A stretch of DNA of 64,000 nt from an uncultured Lachnospiraceae bacterium (GTDB lineage: Bacteria > Bacillota > Clostridia > Lachnospirales > Lachnospiraceae): contig CAMNSD010000017.1 in the NCBI GenBank assembly GCA_946554445.1, positions 20,615 through 84,614 of the forward strand. The letters are read 5' to 3'. The notes beneath the pieces are model-generated. The model saw nothing but the letters and a program-made list of their open reading frames with translations. It had not been told where the DNA came from and did no database searches. Made by a program: the position numbers and the translations under genes. This document shows positions 1-10,543 of this stretch, in pieces (the first letter of the stretch is position 1; every line of letters starts with the position of its first letter).

Positions 1-307
1 GCTGGATGAAAATAACGACCTGTATACCAAGACCAACAAGGAAATGGTTTCCTCTTATGAGATCACCTCGAAATATGATGTCCTGGAACTGAAAGAGATG
101 ATCAAGGAACATGTGGCCTATACCAATTCCGTCAAAGGTAAAGAGATTCTGGACAATTTCGGGGAATACCTGCCGAAGTTCAAGAAGATCATCCCTCATG
201 ACTATGAGATTATGTTAAAACTGATCGTGCAGATGGAAGAGAAGGGATTAAGCGCAGAACAGGCGCAGATAGAGGCATTTTATAAAAAAGACAAGGAGGG
301 GGCGTAA
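1..307 (+). CDS. gltB: Glutamate synthase large subunit, C-terminal end (partial at window edge)
   Basis: Frame open from window start (LDENNDLYTKTNKEMV...YLPKFKKIIPHDY), typical GltB C-terminus; directly upstream of gltD. Confidence 0.9.
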   Translation, partial: LDENNDLYTKTNKEMVSSYEITSKYDVLELKEMIKEHVAYTNSVKGKEILDNFGEYLPKFKKIIPHDYEIMLKLIVQMEEKGLSAEQAQIEAFYKKDKEGA

Positions 308-309
308 TC

Positions 310-1803
310 ATGGGAAAACCAACAGGATTTATGGAATATGAGCGCAGGGTGTCCAAAGATGTGAGCCCCAGACAGCGTATCAAAAATTTCAAGGAATTTC
401 ATGAACATCTGACCATGGAAGAACAGCAGGAGCAGGGTGCGCGCTGTATGGACTGCGGTGTACCGTTTTGCCAGTCTGGTATGACGCTTTGCGGGATGAC
501 TTCCGGCTGTCCCCTGCACAATCTGGTGCCGGAGTGGAACGACCTGGTCTATACCGGCAACTGGGAGCAGGCTTATAAGAGACTGCACAAGACCAATAAC
601 TTTCCGGAGTTTACATCCAGGGTATGTCCGGCGCTGTGCGAAGCGGCCTGTACTTGTGGATTGAATGGCGATCCGGTCTCCACCAAGGAGAACGAGTATG
701 CGATTATCGAAAATGCCTATGAGAAAGGTTACGCGGCGCCCAAGCCCCCTAAGGTGCGTACCGGCAAGAAAGTGGCGGTGGTGGGCAGCGGCCCTTCCGG
801 ACTTGCCGTGGCAGATCAACTCAACAGAAGAGGTCATCTGGTGACGGTGTTTGAGCGTTCTGATAGGATCGGCGGCCTGCTGATGTACGGTATTCCAAAT
901 ATGAAACTGGAGAAGCACATCATTGATCGTAAAATCAAAGTCATGGAGGATGAGGGTGTGACCTTTGTGACAAACAGTAATATCGGTAAAGAGATAAAGG
1001 CGGAAAAACTTTTGAAGGAGTTTGACCGGGTGGTACTCTGCTGCGGTTCTTCCCAGCCCAGGGATATAGGGGCGCCCGGCAGGGACGCCAAAGGAATCTA
1101 TTTCGCGGTGGATTTCCTCACAGCCAACACCAAGAGCCTGTTAGATTCTGATTTTCAGGATAAAATGTACGTGGACACCAGAGATAAAAATGTAGTTATC
1201 ATCGGCGGCGGCGATACCGGAAACGACTGTGTGGGTACGGCCATCCGCCACGGGGCTAAATCCGTGACACAAATTGAGATGATGCCTAAGGCGCCTGATA
1301 CTAGGGCCGACAACAATCCCTGGCCCGAGTGGCCTAAAGTCTGCAAGACAGATTATGGGCAGCAGGAGGCCATCGAAATCTACGGCCATGATCCCCGGAT
1401 TTATGAATCCACGGTGAAGGAGTTTGTGAAAGATAAAAACGGGAACCTAAAGGCAGTAAAGATTGTCTCTCTCACCTGGGAGAAGGATCCAGAGACGGGC
1501 CGCATGAATATGAAGGAAGTGGAAGGTTCAGAAAAAACACTGGAAGCGGAAATTGTGCTGATTGCGGCGGGATTCCTGGGCAGTCAGAAGTATGTGACGG
1601 ACGCTTTTAAGGTGGAACTGGATGGCAGGACCAATGTAAAGACAGAAATGGGAAGATTTATGACCAGCGTGGACAGAGTCTTTACGGCGGGCGATATGCA
1701 TACGGGGCAGTCTTTAGTGGTGAAGGCCATCCGCCAGGGCAGGGAGTGCGCCAGGGAAGTGGATGAGAGCCTGATGGGATATACGAATCTATATGTGCAG
1801 TGA
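310..1803 (+). CDS. gltD: Glutamate synthase small subunit
   Basis: MGKPTGFMEY start, RCMDCGVPFC and CPLHN Fe-S motifs, GSGPSG and GGGDTG nucleotide-binding motifs. Confidence 0.97.
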   Translation: MGKPTGFMEYERRVSKDVSPRQRIKNFKEFHEHLTMEEQQEQGARCMDCGVPFCQSGMTLCGMTSGCPLHNLVPEWNDLVYTGNWEQAYKRLHKTNNFPEFTSRVCPALCEAACTCGLNGDPVSTKENEYAIIENAYEKGYAAPKPPKVRTGKKVAVVGSGPSGLAVADQLNRRGHLVTVFERSDRIGGLLMYGIPNMKLEKHIIDRKIKVMEDEGVTFVTNSNIGKEIKAEKLLKEFDRVVLCCGSSQPRDIGAPGRDAKGIYFAVDFLTANTKSLLDSDFQDKMYVDTRDKNVVIIGGGDTGNDCVGTAIRHGAKSVTQIEMMPKAPDTRADNNPWPEWPKVCKTDYGQQEAIEIYGHDPRIYESTVKEFVKDKNGNLKAVKIVSLTWEKDPETGRMNMKEVEGSEKTLEAEIVLIAAGFLGSQKYVTDAFKVELDGRTNVKTEMGRFMTSVDRVFTAGDMHTGQSLVVKAIRQGRECAREVDESLMGYTNLYVQ

Positions 1804-1817
1804 TGAATCATGAAAGT

Positions 1818-1861
1818 AAAGTGTGTAAGGTATCGTTGACGAAACTTACACACTTTATTTT
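1818..1861 (+). terminator. Intrinsic terminator after gltD
   Basis: 12-bp inverted repeat aaagtgtgtaag / cttacacacttt followed by atttt. Confidence 0.75.
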
Positions 1862-1904
1862 GGTATAGGAAAATTCTCCACTTATCTGAGGATGCAAAGC
1901 GGAT
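1862..1904 (+). repeat. Dispersed intergenic motif, copy 1
   Basis: ggtataggaaaattctccacttatctgagg; similar sequences at 34785, 52714, 62308. Confidence 0.7.
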
Positions 1905-1940
1905 TGCGCAAGGTTAATTTCGAAAAAAGTGGTTTATATA

Positions 1941-1968
1941 TTGCATACAAAAGAAAAATACATATAAT
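1941..1968 (+). promoter_or_regulatory. Putative sigma-A promoter for the L,D-transpeptidase
   Basis: TTGCAT-16 nt-TATAAT. Confidence 0.5.
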
Positions 1969-2077
1969 GAGATTACGGAGGGATGTAATGTGTGTCTGCT
2001 TACTGGAGAATATAGTCCAAGAATCTCGTGGATTCATCCCCTGCTGTGGCAGACTAAGGGAAAGGAAAACAGGATAA

Positions 2078-3637
2078 ATGAGACGGCAGTTTGGGAAAAG
2101 GGATAAAACAGAAAAAAAGAATGTGATTTCGAATAGAAAACGGCCTCTAATAATCGTGTCAGCGTCTGCTGCGGCAGTGTTTCTTATCCTGCTTGTCGTT
2201 TATGTAGCCGGCCTTGGCCGTTATCAGAGCTGCTTTTTGAATGGTACGCTGATTGATGAGGTGGATGTGTCAGGCATGACGATTCCGGAACTGGAGGAAC
2301 GGATTGGGCAGTATTCGCTGCGGGTGATAGAGCGTCAGGCTGACGGAACGGTCCTGGAGGAGGAGATACTGGGAAGCGACATTGGGATCGCTTATATTTC
2401 CACGGAGCCCCTGGAAGCTGTGTTGCAGGAACAGAGTCCGTATCTGTGGTTTATGAAACGGGAATCGGTTTATGAGACAGATGCGGCGTTATTTTATGAA
2501 GAAGCAATATTAGAAGAGAAGATAGACGAGTTGCGCGGCTTCCAAGAGGAATTTGTGAAGGAGCCGGTGGACGCTTACATAGGAGATTATGTTCCGGGAA
2601 GCGGGTTTGCACTGATGGCTGAGAACCGAGGAAACCGCCTGAACCGTGCAAGAACCATAGAGGCGGTCAGAGAAGCAATCGATGGCTTGCAGGAGCAGGT
2701 GGACCTAGATGCAGCAGGCTGTTATGAGGAACCACGAATTACTTTAGAGGATGCCGGTCTGCAGGCTACCTATGCAAAGCTTCAGAATTATGTGAATACT
2801 GCCGTTACCTATACGTTTGGTTCAGAACGGGAGGTTCTGGATGCAGATACGGTAGCAGGCTGGGTTGTACGCAAGGGGAATCGGGCGGAACTTGACACGG
2901 AACTGGTCAAGGAGTATGTGAATTCCCTGCGGAGAAAGCATGACACTGTTTTTCACAAGAGAAAATTTATGACCAGCTATGGGGAAGAAGTGACGATCGA
3001 GCAGGGAGATTATGGCTGGTGGATGGATGTAGGGCAGGAGACGGAAGAGTTGATCGGACTCTTGGAACGGGGAGAAGGCGGAGAACGGATTCCCGTCTAC
3101 AGACAGACGGCGGCTTCCTATGAAATGCCGGATTATGGCGATACTTATGTGGAGATTAATCTGACGGCCCAACACTTATTTCTATATCAGGACGGGGAAT
3201 GTGTTCTGGAATCTGATTTTGTATCCGGCAATCCCGCCAGAGGAAATGAGACGCCGGATGGGATTTATGGAATTACTTATAAAGAACGGGATGCGACCTT
3301 AACGGGAGAGACATACAGGACGCCTGTTTCTTTTTGGATGCCTTTTAATAATAATGTAGGGATGCATGACGCCACGTGGCGAAGTGAGTTTGGCAGGGAT
3401 ATTTATATGACGAATGGTTCCCATGGATGTATCAATCTGCCTTATTCTGTTGCAGAGGAAATCTATAGTTATGTGGAGAAGAACACACCGGTCATCTGCT
3501 ATCATCTGCCGGGGACGGAGCCGGAGCCGCTTCCGGAGATACCGTTGGAACTAGAACCGGAATTGGAACCCGGGCTGGAATCCGAACCGGGACAGGAAGT
3601 TAGTATTCCCTTCGAAATCGCTCCATCAAATATGTAA
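2078..3637 (+). CDS. L,D-transpeptidase (YkuD family) with N-terminal membrane anchor and peptidoglycan-binding-type repeats
   Basis: Single TM near N-terminus; C-terminal domain VEINLTAQHL...GMHDA...SHGCINL catalytic His/Cys motif; EP-rich tail. Confidence 0.9.
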   Translation: MRRQFGKRDKTEKKNVISNRKRPLIIVSASAAAVFLILLVVYVAGLGRYQSCFLNGTLIDEVDVSGMTIPELEERIGQYSLRVIERQADGTVLEEEILGSDIGIAYISTEPLEAVLQEQSPYLWFMKRESVYETDAALFYEEAILEEKIDELRGFQEEFVKEPVDAYIGDYVPGSGFALMAENRGNRLNRARTIEAVREAIDGLQEQVDLDAAGCYEEPRITLEDAGLQATYAKLQNYVNTAVTYTFGSEREVLDADTVAGWVVRKGNRAELDTELVKEYVNSLRRKHDTVFHKRKFMTSYGEEVTIEQGDYGWWMDVGQETEELIGLLERGEGGERIPVYRQTAASYEMPDYGDTYVEINLTAQHLFLYQDGECVLESDFVSGNPARGNETPDGIYGITYKERDATLTGETYRTPVSFWMPFNNNVGMHDATWRSEFGRDIYMTNGSHGCINLPYSVAEEIYSYVEKNTPVICYHLPGTEPEPLPEIPLELEPELEPGLESEPGQEVSIPFEIAPSNM

Positions 3638-4529
3638 AATGATCACTGTCTTTTGCAATTTTAGCCAGTTTCTTTTTGGCAGAATAAAGTATGATATAGC
3701 TGCCTCGTTCTTCGATTCTGGTGATTTCATGCAGTGCATAGGTCCTGGTTATGCCAAGGAAATTCCTGACGGCTATATTTTGATAATCAACAGTGATCTT
3801 CCATAGCAGTACACGAAGCATATCGAACAGGAATAGCAGTGTCATGGCAATCAGGATGATGAGGTAAGGTAGTTCCAGTTCAACACGGTTCCATAGGACA
3901 ACCGCAGAGAGTATGGCAAATCCCAGAAAAGAAAAAACGCCGCGCAAGACGTCACTTCTCGGACAGGTTATCGTAAATTCTTCTATGACCGGAATCCGTT
4001 CCAGTTTTCCGTTTTCCTCTAAAAGATTATATAATAGATAAAAGCCCTTGGTATTTTCCTCAATAAAAAATATTCTTTTGTGTCTGCGATATCCGACCAA
4101 TGCCTTTTCATTGGGTGCATGTAAGAGGGTTTCGTTATCTATATATTTTACCAAGGTGATTTCATGCAATTTTATTTCCTTAGGAGGGAAAAGCGGGGTA
4201 TAAAAAGTTAGGGAATCTATCCTGATGACACATCTCCAGAATATCACGTAAATATAAAAATAGATTGCTCCGAGCATAGCAACATAGGACATGAGAAATA
4301 AAACGATCCAGAGGGCCATTTCTTCTATGAGCAAATGCACAGTAAATGCTGCCACCCCATAAAATATGATACAGAGGATTGCCCAAAATAAATATCTGTG
4401 TGCCAGGTCCATGGTATAGATTGCATCCTCCGAGACTGGCGGCAGATATTTCTGATGCCACAAGTGGGAGGCGAGCAGAAGAAGCAGTATCAATACAATT
4501 GCTATGCTGTAAAAGATGGCCTGTGTCAT
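3600..4529 (-). CDS. Hypothetical membrane protein with internally duplicated TM-hairpin plus small soluble domain
   Basis: 309-aa ORF with RBS (gagg); hydrophobic segments; repeated W-x-(V/I)...LHEIT motif twice. Confidence 0.75.
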   Translation of the reverse strand: MTQAIFYSIAIVLILLLLLASHLWHQKYLPPVSEDAIYTMDLAHRYLFWAILCIIFYGVAAFTVHLLIEEMALWIVLFLMSYVAMLGAIYFYIYVIFWRCVIRIDSLTFYTPLFPPKEIKLHEITLVKYIDNETLLHAPNEKALVGYRRHKRIFFIEENTKGFYLLYNLLEENGKLERIPVIEEFTITCPRSDVLRGVFSFLGFAILSAVVLWNRVELELPYLIILIAMTLLFLFDMLRVLLWKITVDYQNIAVRNFLGITRTYALHEITRIEERGSYIILYSAKKKLAKIAKDSDHFTYLMERFRREY

Positions 4530-4696
4530 TGTTGATTACCTCTTGGGAATTTCAGGGAATTTGCTTTATCTTGAGTATATCATTTCTGTTAATGCAAAAA
4601 AAGATGTTACTTTTTCTTTGTATTTTTCATCCTATCTTATATTTTTCCCATTTTTTTATGACATAGAACCCGTATAATAAAAGGGGAGGGACTGCC

Positions 4697-6478
4697 ATGC
4701 GGGAGATTAGTTTTGACAGAAAAAGTATTCGGACACGTTTGATCACGGCCTTTGTGGTAACATCGTTTTTGCCGATTGTCTTGGTGAATATCGTGTCTTA
4801 TTATAATACGTCCAGGTTAGTCAGACAAAATGTGGAGAGTATGACAAATGCCAATCTGGAACAGACCAGGGTGAGCCTGGATGTATGGCTGGATTCTTAT
4901 GAGGATATTCTGTTTCAGGTATACACGGACGATGATATTGTGGAACTGGTGGATAAGATCAATGCCGGGGAGGACGTGGCCAATAACAGGCAGATGCTTC
5001 GGAAAATGCTGAGAGGACTGTTCTACACCAAAGATTATGTGAAATCCATTTCCGTGATTACGGACAGCGGAGAACTGGCGTTTTATGATCAACTGACGGC
5101 TTCCACCACACGTACCTCATGGATGGATAGTATTTCTATGTCCCAAGAGGAACTTTATCATGATATCAGCAGTGATAATAAGACGCATCTGATTCCTACC
5201 GGGAATGAAGTGATATTTGGGAGCAATTCCTGTTATTTATTCCATATCGGACATCGGATCATTGATTATCGGGATGTGGACAAGCAGTGTGGGATTGTAC
5301 TGGTCAGTATTGACGAGGAGTTGTTAGAGGAAATCTGTTCTACCACAGAGAATGGATTGAATTTTATCGTGGACAGTGAAGGAAGTCTGGTTTCCTGTGC
5401 CGGTTCTGCAAAGATAGGGCAGGCTATTCATCGGAGAGAAGCAGGGGAGACGGAAAAAAGGGCAGCTTATCAGCAGATTGCCATGGAGACAGGTTTTTTG
5501 GGTGAAACGCAGCTTTCTATCTATTCCGTGCATGATGAGGAGACCGGATGGGAAATTATCCGGGCCACGAATCAGGAAGAACTGATTCAGGCGCTCAGAC
5601 AGCAGCAACAACTTCTGGTATTTATCATCGTCCTGTCCTTGTGTGCGGTGGTGATCATTATGCTTGGCCAGGTATCCAGAATGACTGGTTCTATTAAGAA
5701 GGTGGTGGAGACCATGCGCAAAGCCGGCAGGGGTGACCTGACAATCCGGGTGGCTGCGGATAAGACAAGGCCCACAGAGATTGAGGTGATTGCGGAAGAG
5801 TTTAATTCCATGATGGATAAAATGAAAAAGTCTGTGGAGACACAGAAGAACGCGGAGATTGCCGCACTGGAAGCACAGATCAACCCCCATTTTCTCTATA
5901 ATACACTGGATACCATCAACTGGATGGCGATAGATAAGGATGAATATGAGATCAGTAATATGATAGCCACCCTCGCCGGTATTCTGCGTTATGGTATCTC
6001 CGACAGTAACGGTATTGTGAAGATTAAGGATGAGGTGGAGTGGCTGAAACAGTATATTTTCCTACAACAGACCAAATTAAAAAATTCCTTCGACTGCCAT
6101 ATCAATGTGGAGCCGGAGATCATGGGACTTTCCATCCATAAACTGCTTTTGCAGCCTTTTATAGAGAATGCTATCCTGCATGGCTTTGAGGGCGTGGACA
6201 GGACTTATAAATTGCAGATGGATATGGGAAGAGAAGAGGAGCGGATTATCATACGGATTCAAGATAATGGCTGTGGTATACCAGGTGATATGGTGCAGGA
6301 AATGAATGCGGGGATTTTCCGAAAGACCGATAACAAAAATCATATTGGCATGGAAAACGCCATCACAAGGATACAGATGTACTATGGGGAAAGTGCGGAA
6401 GTTAAGATAGAAAGTCGGATGGGACAGGGAACAGTGGTGAGAATATCGATTCCTGTGGAAACGGAGGAGAAAGAGTGA
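4697..6478 (+). CDS. Sensor histidine kinase, YesM/LytS-like (Cache, HAMP, His_kinase)
   Basis: Two TMs, HAMP, ALEAQINPHFLYNTL H-box, LQPFIENAILHG, DNGCG. Confidence 0.95.
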   Translation: MREISFDRKSIRTRLITAFVVTSFLPIVLVNIVSYYNTSRLVRQNVESMTNANLEQTRVSLDVWLDSYEDILFQVYTDDDIVELVDKINAGEDVANNRQMLRKMLRGLFYTKDYVKSISVITDSGELAFYDQLTASTTRTSWMDSISMSQEELYHDISSDNKTHLIPTGNEVIFGSNSCYLFHIGHRIIDYRDVDKQCGIVLVSIDEELLEEICSTTENGLNFIVDSEGSLVSCAGSAKIGQAIHRREAGETEKRAAYQQIAMETGFLGETQLSIYSVHDEETGWEIIRATNQEELIQALRQQQQLLVFIIVLSLCAVVIIMLGQVSRMTGSIKKVVETMRKAGRGDLTIRVAADKTRPTEIEVIAEEFNSMMDKMKKSVETQKNAEIAALEAQINPHFLYNTLDTINWMAIDKDEYEISNMIATLAGILRYGISDSNGIVKIKDEVEWLKQYIFLQQTKLKNSFDCHINVEPEIMGLSIHKLLLQPFIENAILHGFEGVDRTYKLQMDMGREEERIIIRIQDNGCGIPGDMVQEMNAGIFRKTDNKNHIGMENAITRIQMYYGESAEVKIESRMGQGTVVRISIPVETEEKE

Positions 6479-8007
6479 GAGCAGTAGTGGTAGAAGACGA
6501 AATCCTGATCAGAGAAGGACTGTGCAAGCTGATGAACAAGATGTTTCCGGACATTGTCATTGAGGGCGTCGCGGGCAACGGGCAGGAAGGGTTCCGATAT
6601 ATAGAAGAGTATCAGCCGGATCTGGTCATTACCGATATCAAGATGCCAGTTATGGACGGGCTTGAGATGCTTACGAAAGTGCAGGAGGCCGGACTGTTTC
6701 CGAAGGTGATTGTTTTAACGGCCTACTCGGAGTTTGAGTATGCCAAGCAGGCCGTGAAGTTAGGAGTTTGCGATTACATCATCAAACCGGTGGTGGTGCC
6801 GGAGTTTGTCCAGACTATCCGCAAAATACAGAATCTGTATGAGCAGGAACTAAAAAGGACGCCGGAGACCATGGGCAGTCTGGAACATATCGTATCCGGT
6901 CTGTTATACGGGGTATCTGAACTGGATGAGAAGATGCAGGATTTTCTTTGCAAAAAGTATGGCATTGTGGAGCGGACGCCGTTGATTGAACTTTTGATTT
7001 ATATGGGGGCCGGTTTTGAGGAAGGACGGGAGAAAAAACGGCAGGAAATGAGAAAAATCCTGGAGCAGAAAGACGTCCGCTACTGTTTGGTAGACATGGA
7101 GTATGACAGGACAATTCTTGCCCTGTTTTACGACTATGCTTCCAGGCAGGAGATAGAGCGTTGGTATCAGAATCAGATTTTGTTCCAAAAACGGGATGAG
7201 CGAGAGCGGCATATCAGCTATGGGATGGTGGAGGTCACCGGGGCGCAGGCGGTCAGGGAAGGTTACCAGACACTGCTTCCTTATATGGACTGGAATATTG
7301 TTTTGGGGGACGATGTCCTCATATCTTACCCCAGGATTGCGGATGTACAGACAGAAATCTGTATCTATCCGGTGGAACTGGAAAATCAGATCAAGGCCGC
7401 AATCTGTACAGGGGAAGAAGAGAGGATCCATGAGATTGCGAAACGGTTCCAGAATTATTTTTTAAATGGAAGGATGTATTCTCCCAAGGAGATTAAGAAT
7501 TCTTATGTGCGTTTCCAGTGGGCGGTTTTAAATATTGCCAAAGAAGTGGGGTGTATTGATTATCAACAGATTGACCAGAAAAACCTTCTGGATCATATTA
7601 TGGGAGCGAAGATCAGGGAAGAACTGCAGAAAAGTCTGGAAGAACTGCTCTGTCATTTGCGTATTTCCAGAAAAGAGACGGAGGCTGTGAGCCTTGCGGT
7701 AAAAAAGACACAGAGTATGATTCACGAATTTTATGCGGATGGCATTACTTTAAATGAGATTGCGGACAGGCTGAATCTGACGCAGGAGTATCTGGGGAGT
7801 CAGTTCCATAAGGAAGTAGGAGAGAATTTCAGCACTTATATCCGCAATTACCGTCTGGCTAAGGCCAAGGAGTTGTTGATTGGAACGCAGTTGAAACAAT
7901 ACGAGATTGCCGAGAAGGTAGGGTATGCGGATGCTAAGTATTTTGCCAGGGTGTTTAAAGAATGTGAGGGAATGTCGATTGCCGAGTACAGGAAATCCAA
8001 CCGGTAG
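6475..8007 (+). CDS. Response regulator, REC plus AraC HTH (YesN-like)
   Basis: VVVEDE, TDIKMPVMDG, C-terminal AraC HTH; GTGA overlap with kinase. Confidence 0.95.
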   Translation: MRAVVVEDEILIREGLCKLMNKMFPDIVIEGVAGNGQEGFRYIEEYQPDLVITDIKMPVMDGLEMLTKVQEAGLFPKVIVLTAYSEFEYAKQAVKLGVCDYIIKPVVVPEFVQTIRKIQNLYEQELKRTPETMGSLEHIVSGLLYGVSELDEKMQDFLCKKYGIVERTPLIELLIYMGAGFEEGREKKRQEMRKILEQKDVRYCLVDMEYDRTILALFYDYASRQEIERWYQNQILFQKRDERERHISYGMVEVTGAQAVREGYQTLLPYMDWNIVLGDDVLISYPRIADVQTEICIYPVELENQIKAAICTGEEERIHEIAKRFQNYFLNGRMYSPKEIKNSYVRFQWAVLNIAKEVGCIDYQQIDQKNLLDHIMGAKIREELQKSLEELLCHLRISRKETEAVSLAVKKTQSMIHEFYADGITLNEIADRLNLTQEYLGSQFHKEVGENFSTYIRNYRLAKAKELLIGTQLKQYEIAEKVGYADAKYFARVFKECEGMSIAEYRKSNR

Positions 8008-8172
8008 AAAAATAAGATTAGATTTTTTATCCTTTTTCATTTTTCTCCCGTTTGATGCGGATATAAAAGGCGGTATGATAAATCCAACAAAAAGAAAAAT
8101 CGGAAACGTGAAAGCCGGACAGAGCAAGCGAGCAGAATTTCCCGGCAGAAACGCTTCGGAATGGAGGAAAAT

Positions 8173-9477
8173 ATGAAGAAGAGAAAGATAACAGCTTTAT
8201 TGACAGCACTTGCCATGACAGCCAGCATCCTGACAGGGTGCGGGGGCAGCACAGGGGATGGTGCGGCGGCGCCAGCACCGGAGGCATCGGCAGACAGTGC
8301 TCCTGCAGCGCAGGAGAGCGCCAAAGAGGAGAGCGGTGGAGAGGCTGCTTCCGGCGGTGAGGCACAGGCTATCACGATCTGGTATTACTGGGAGACAGAA
8401 GGCCATCAGGTAGCGCTTGATCAGGTCATCCAGGAATACAATGGTTCCCAGAGCCAATATGAAGTGACAGCGAAATATGTACCGTTTGCAGATTTTAAGA
8501 AACAGTTATCCATCGGCGCTTCCGCAGACGAGCTTCCCGATATCGCTATCCTGGATTCCCCGGATCATGCATCTTATGTGGAAATGGGAATCTTCGAAGA
8601 TTTGACAGGTAAGTTTGATGTGAGCAATTATTACGAAGGAACCGTAAATTCTTGTACGGTGGACGGGAAGTTATACGGTGTGCCGTTTGGCGCGAACTGT
8701 CTGGCGCTCTACTACAATGAAGATATGCTGACTGCGGCCGGATGCAGCGTTCCCACTACCTGGGATGAGTTGAAGGAGACGGCTAAGGCATTGACAACGG
8801 ATTCTGTTACCGGGCTGGCGCTTTGCAGTGTGCAGAATGAAGAAGGAACGTTCAATTTCGTTCCTTGGCTCTGGTCCACAGGTGCGACATCCTATGACAT
8901 CAATAATGAGAACGGCGTCCGTGCCCTTACCTTTATCCAGGATCTGATCAATGAGGGTGTGATGAGCAAAGAGTGCATCAACTGGACACAGGGAGATGTC
9001 ATGAATCAGTTTATCTCTGGCAACGTAGCGATGATGGAGAACGGTCCCTGGCAGATTCCCACCATGCAGTCTGAGGCACCCGACTTAAACTGGAAGGTGA
9101 CATTGATCCCCAAGGATGCGGAATATGCATCGGTGCTTGGCGGTGAGAATTATGCGGTCATCAACGGCGGTAATGTGGACGGCGCACTGGATTTCCTTAC
9201 CTATGCGACCAGTGAAGAGAAAGTGAAATTCCTGATGGATAAGTTTGGCTATATCTCTGCGGATAAGAACATTGCAGGAAGTCAGTTTGCAGCAGATTCA
9301 CCCTACCAGCCTTTTGTAGAGGAACTGAACTATGCAATGCCCAGAGGCCCTTTGGCCGAGTGGCCCAGCGTGTCCGATGCCATTTCCCTGGCATTCAATC
9401 AGGTCATCACAGGAACTGCCACACCTGAGAATGCGGCGGCAGAGGCGCAGGCAACGATTGACGGTATTGTAAAATAA
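8173..9477 (+). CDS. Sugar ABC transporter substrate-binding lipoprotein
   Basis: Lipobox ILTGC, SBP family 1 motifs; start moved to 8173 behind GGAGG. Confidence 0.92.
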   Translation: MKKRKITALLTALAMTASILTGCGGSTGDGAAAPAPEASADSAPAAQESAKEESGGEAASGGEAQAITIWYYWETEGHQVALDQVIQEYNGSQSQYEVTAKYVPFADFKKQLSIGASADELPDIAILDSPDHASYVEMGIFEDLTGKFDVSNYYEGTVNSCTVDGKLYGVPFGANCLALYYNEDMLTAAGCSVPTTWDELKETAKALTTDSVTGLALCSVQNEEGTFNFVPWLWSTGATSYDINNENGVRALTFIQDLINEGVMSKECINWTQGDVMNQFISGNVAMMENGPWQIPTMQSEAPDLNWKVTLIPKDAEYASVLGGENYAVINGGNVDGALDFLTYATSEEKVKFLMDKFGYISADKNIAGSQFAADSPYQPFVEELNYAMPRGPLAEWPSVSDAISLAFNQVITGTATPENAAAEAQATIDGIVK

Positions 9478-9490
9478 TAAATGTTGTTAG

Positions 9491-9544
9491 ATCGCTGCTG
9501 CACAGAGTGTTACATAAAAGAATCTGTGTAGCAGCGATTTTTAT
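9491..9544 (+). terminator. Hairpin after SBP gene (terminator or mRNA-stabilising stem)
   Basis: 16-bp stem atcgctgctgcacaga / tctgtgtagcagcgat followed by T run. Confidence 0.7.
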
Positions 9545-9643
9545 GTCCACTCAGAGCGATAAATAAGCAAAAGGAGAGCATCGAAGATGCGATGTTGCGA
9601 ATGGAATCTGAGTGATGATAAAATTTAGAAAGGAGGCTTTCTT

Positions 9644-10543
9644 GTGGCCAAATTAAAAAAGTTCTTCCGCTATGAAAATGTGGGAATGTTATTTGTCCTT
9701 CCGGCTTTTATATATATGCTGGTTTTCGTGGGTTATCCGATCATCCGCAATATTATTTTGAGTTTTCAGGATGTCAATGCGGGTAATCTGGTACGGGGAA
9801 CCAAGAATTTTATTCTGTTTGACAATTATCTGGAACTCTTCCAGGACAGCGTGTTTACCACTTCCCTGTGGAATACGCTGCGCTATACGGTATTGTGTCT
9901 GGTATTTCAGTTTGTGATCGGTTTTGCCCTGGCGCTTTTTTTCAGCCAGCGGTTTTCCTTCGCCAAACCGGTGCGCGGTATACTTTTGGTGCCGTGGATG
10001 ATACCGGTCACTGTGACGGCGTTGATGTTTAAGCTGTTGTTTGCCACAGATATCGGCGTCATCAATTTTATCTTGAGAAGTCTTCACTTGATAGATAAAA
10101 ATATTGAATGGCTGACGACGCCGGGAACGGCTATGTTTGCCCTGATCTGTGCCAATGTGTGGATTGGCATACCCTTTAACATGATCTTGATTTCCACCGG
10201 TCTGACCACCATCCCCAAAGAATTGTATGAGAGTGCGTCCATTGACGGGGCGGGTAAAGTACAGACTTTTTGGAAGATTACGCTGCCGCTGTTAAAGCCT
10301 ACGATTGAGTCTGTGCTGATCCTCGGCTTTATCTATACTTTTAAGGTGTACGATCTGGTCTATGTCATGACAAGCGGCGGTCCGGTGAATTCCACGCACA
10401 TGCTGTCCACCTATTCTTACAAGCTGTCCTTTGAAATGTTTAAGTACAGCAAAGGATCTGCGGTGGCCAATGTGCTCCTGATAATACTGCTGATCGTGGG
10501 TGTTTTCTATATTAGGGTAACAACAGAGGGGGAGGAAGAATGA
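9644..10543 (+). CDS. Carbohydrate ABC transporter permease
   Basis: EAA-type motif LYESASIDGA; six TMs. Confidence 0.95.
   Translation: MAKLKKFFRYENVGMLFVLPAFIYMLVFVGYPIIRNIILSFQDVNAGNLVRGTKNFILFDNYLELFQDSVFTTSLWNTLRYTVLCLVFQFVIGFALALFFSQRFSFAKPVRGILLVPWMIPVTVTALMFKLLFATDIGVINFILRSLHLIDKNIEWLTTPGTAMFALICANVWIGIPFNMILISTGLTTIPKELYESASIDGAGKVQTFWKITLPLLKPTIESVLILGFIYTFKVYDLVYVMTSGGPVNSTHMLSTYSYKLSFEMFKYSKGSAVANVLLIILLIVGVFYIRVTTEGEEE

Noticed and set aside
3510-3600. EP-rich repeat at the L,D-transpeptidase C-terminus and Ala/Glu/Pro linkers in SBPs
   Set aside because: Ordinary low-complexity linkers
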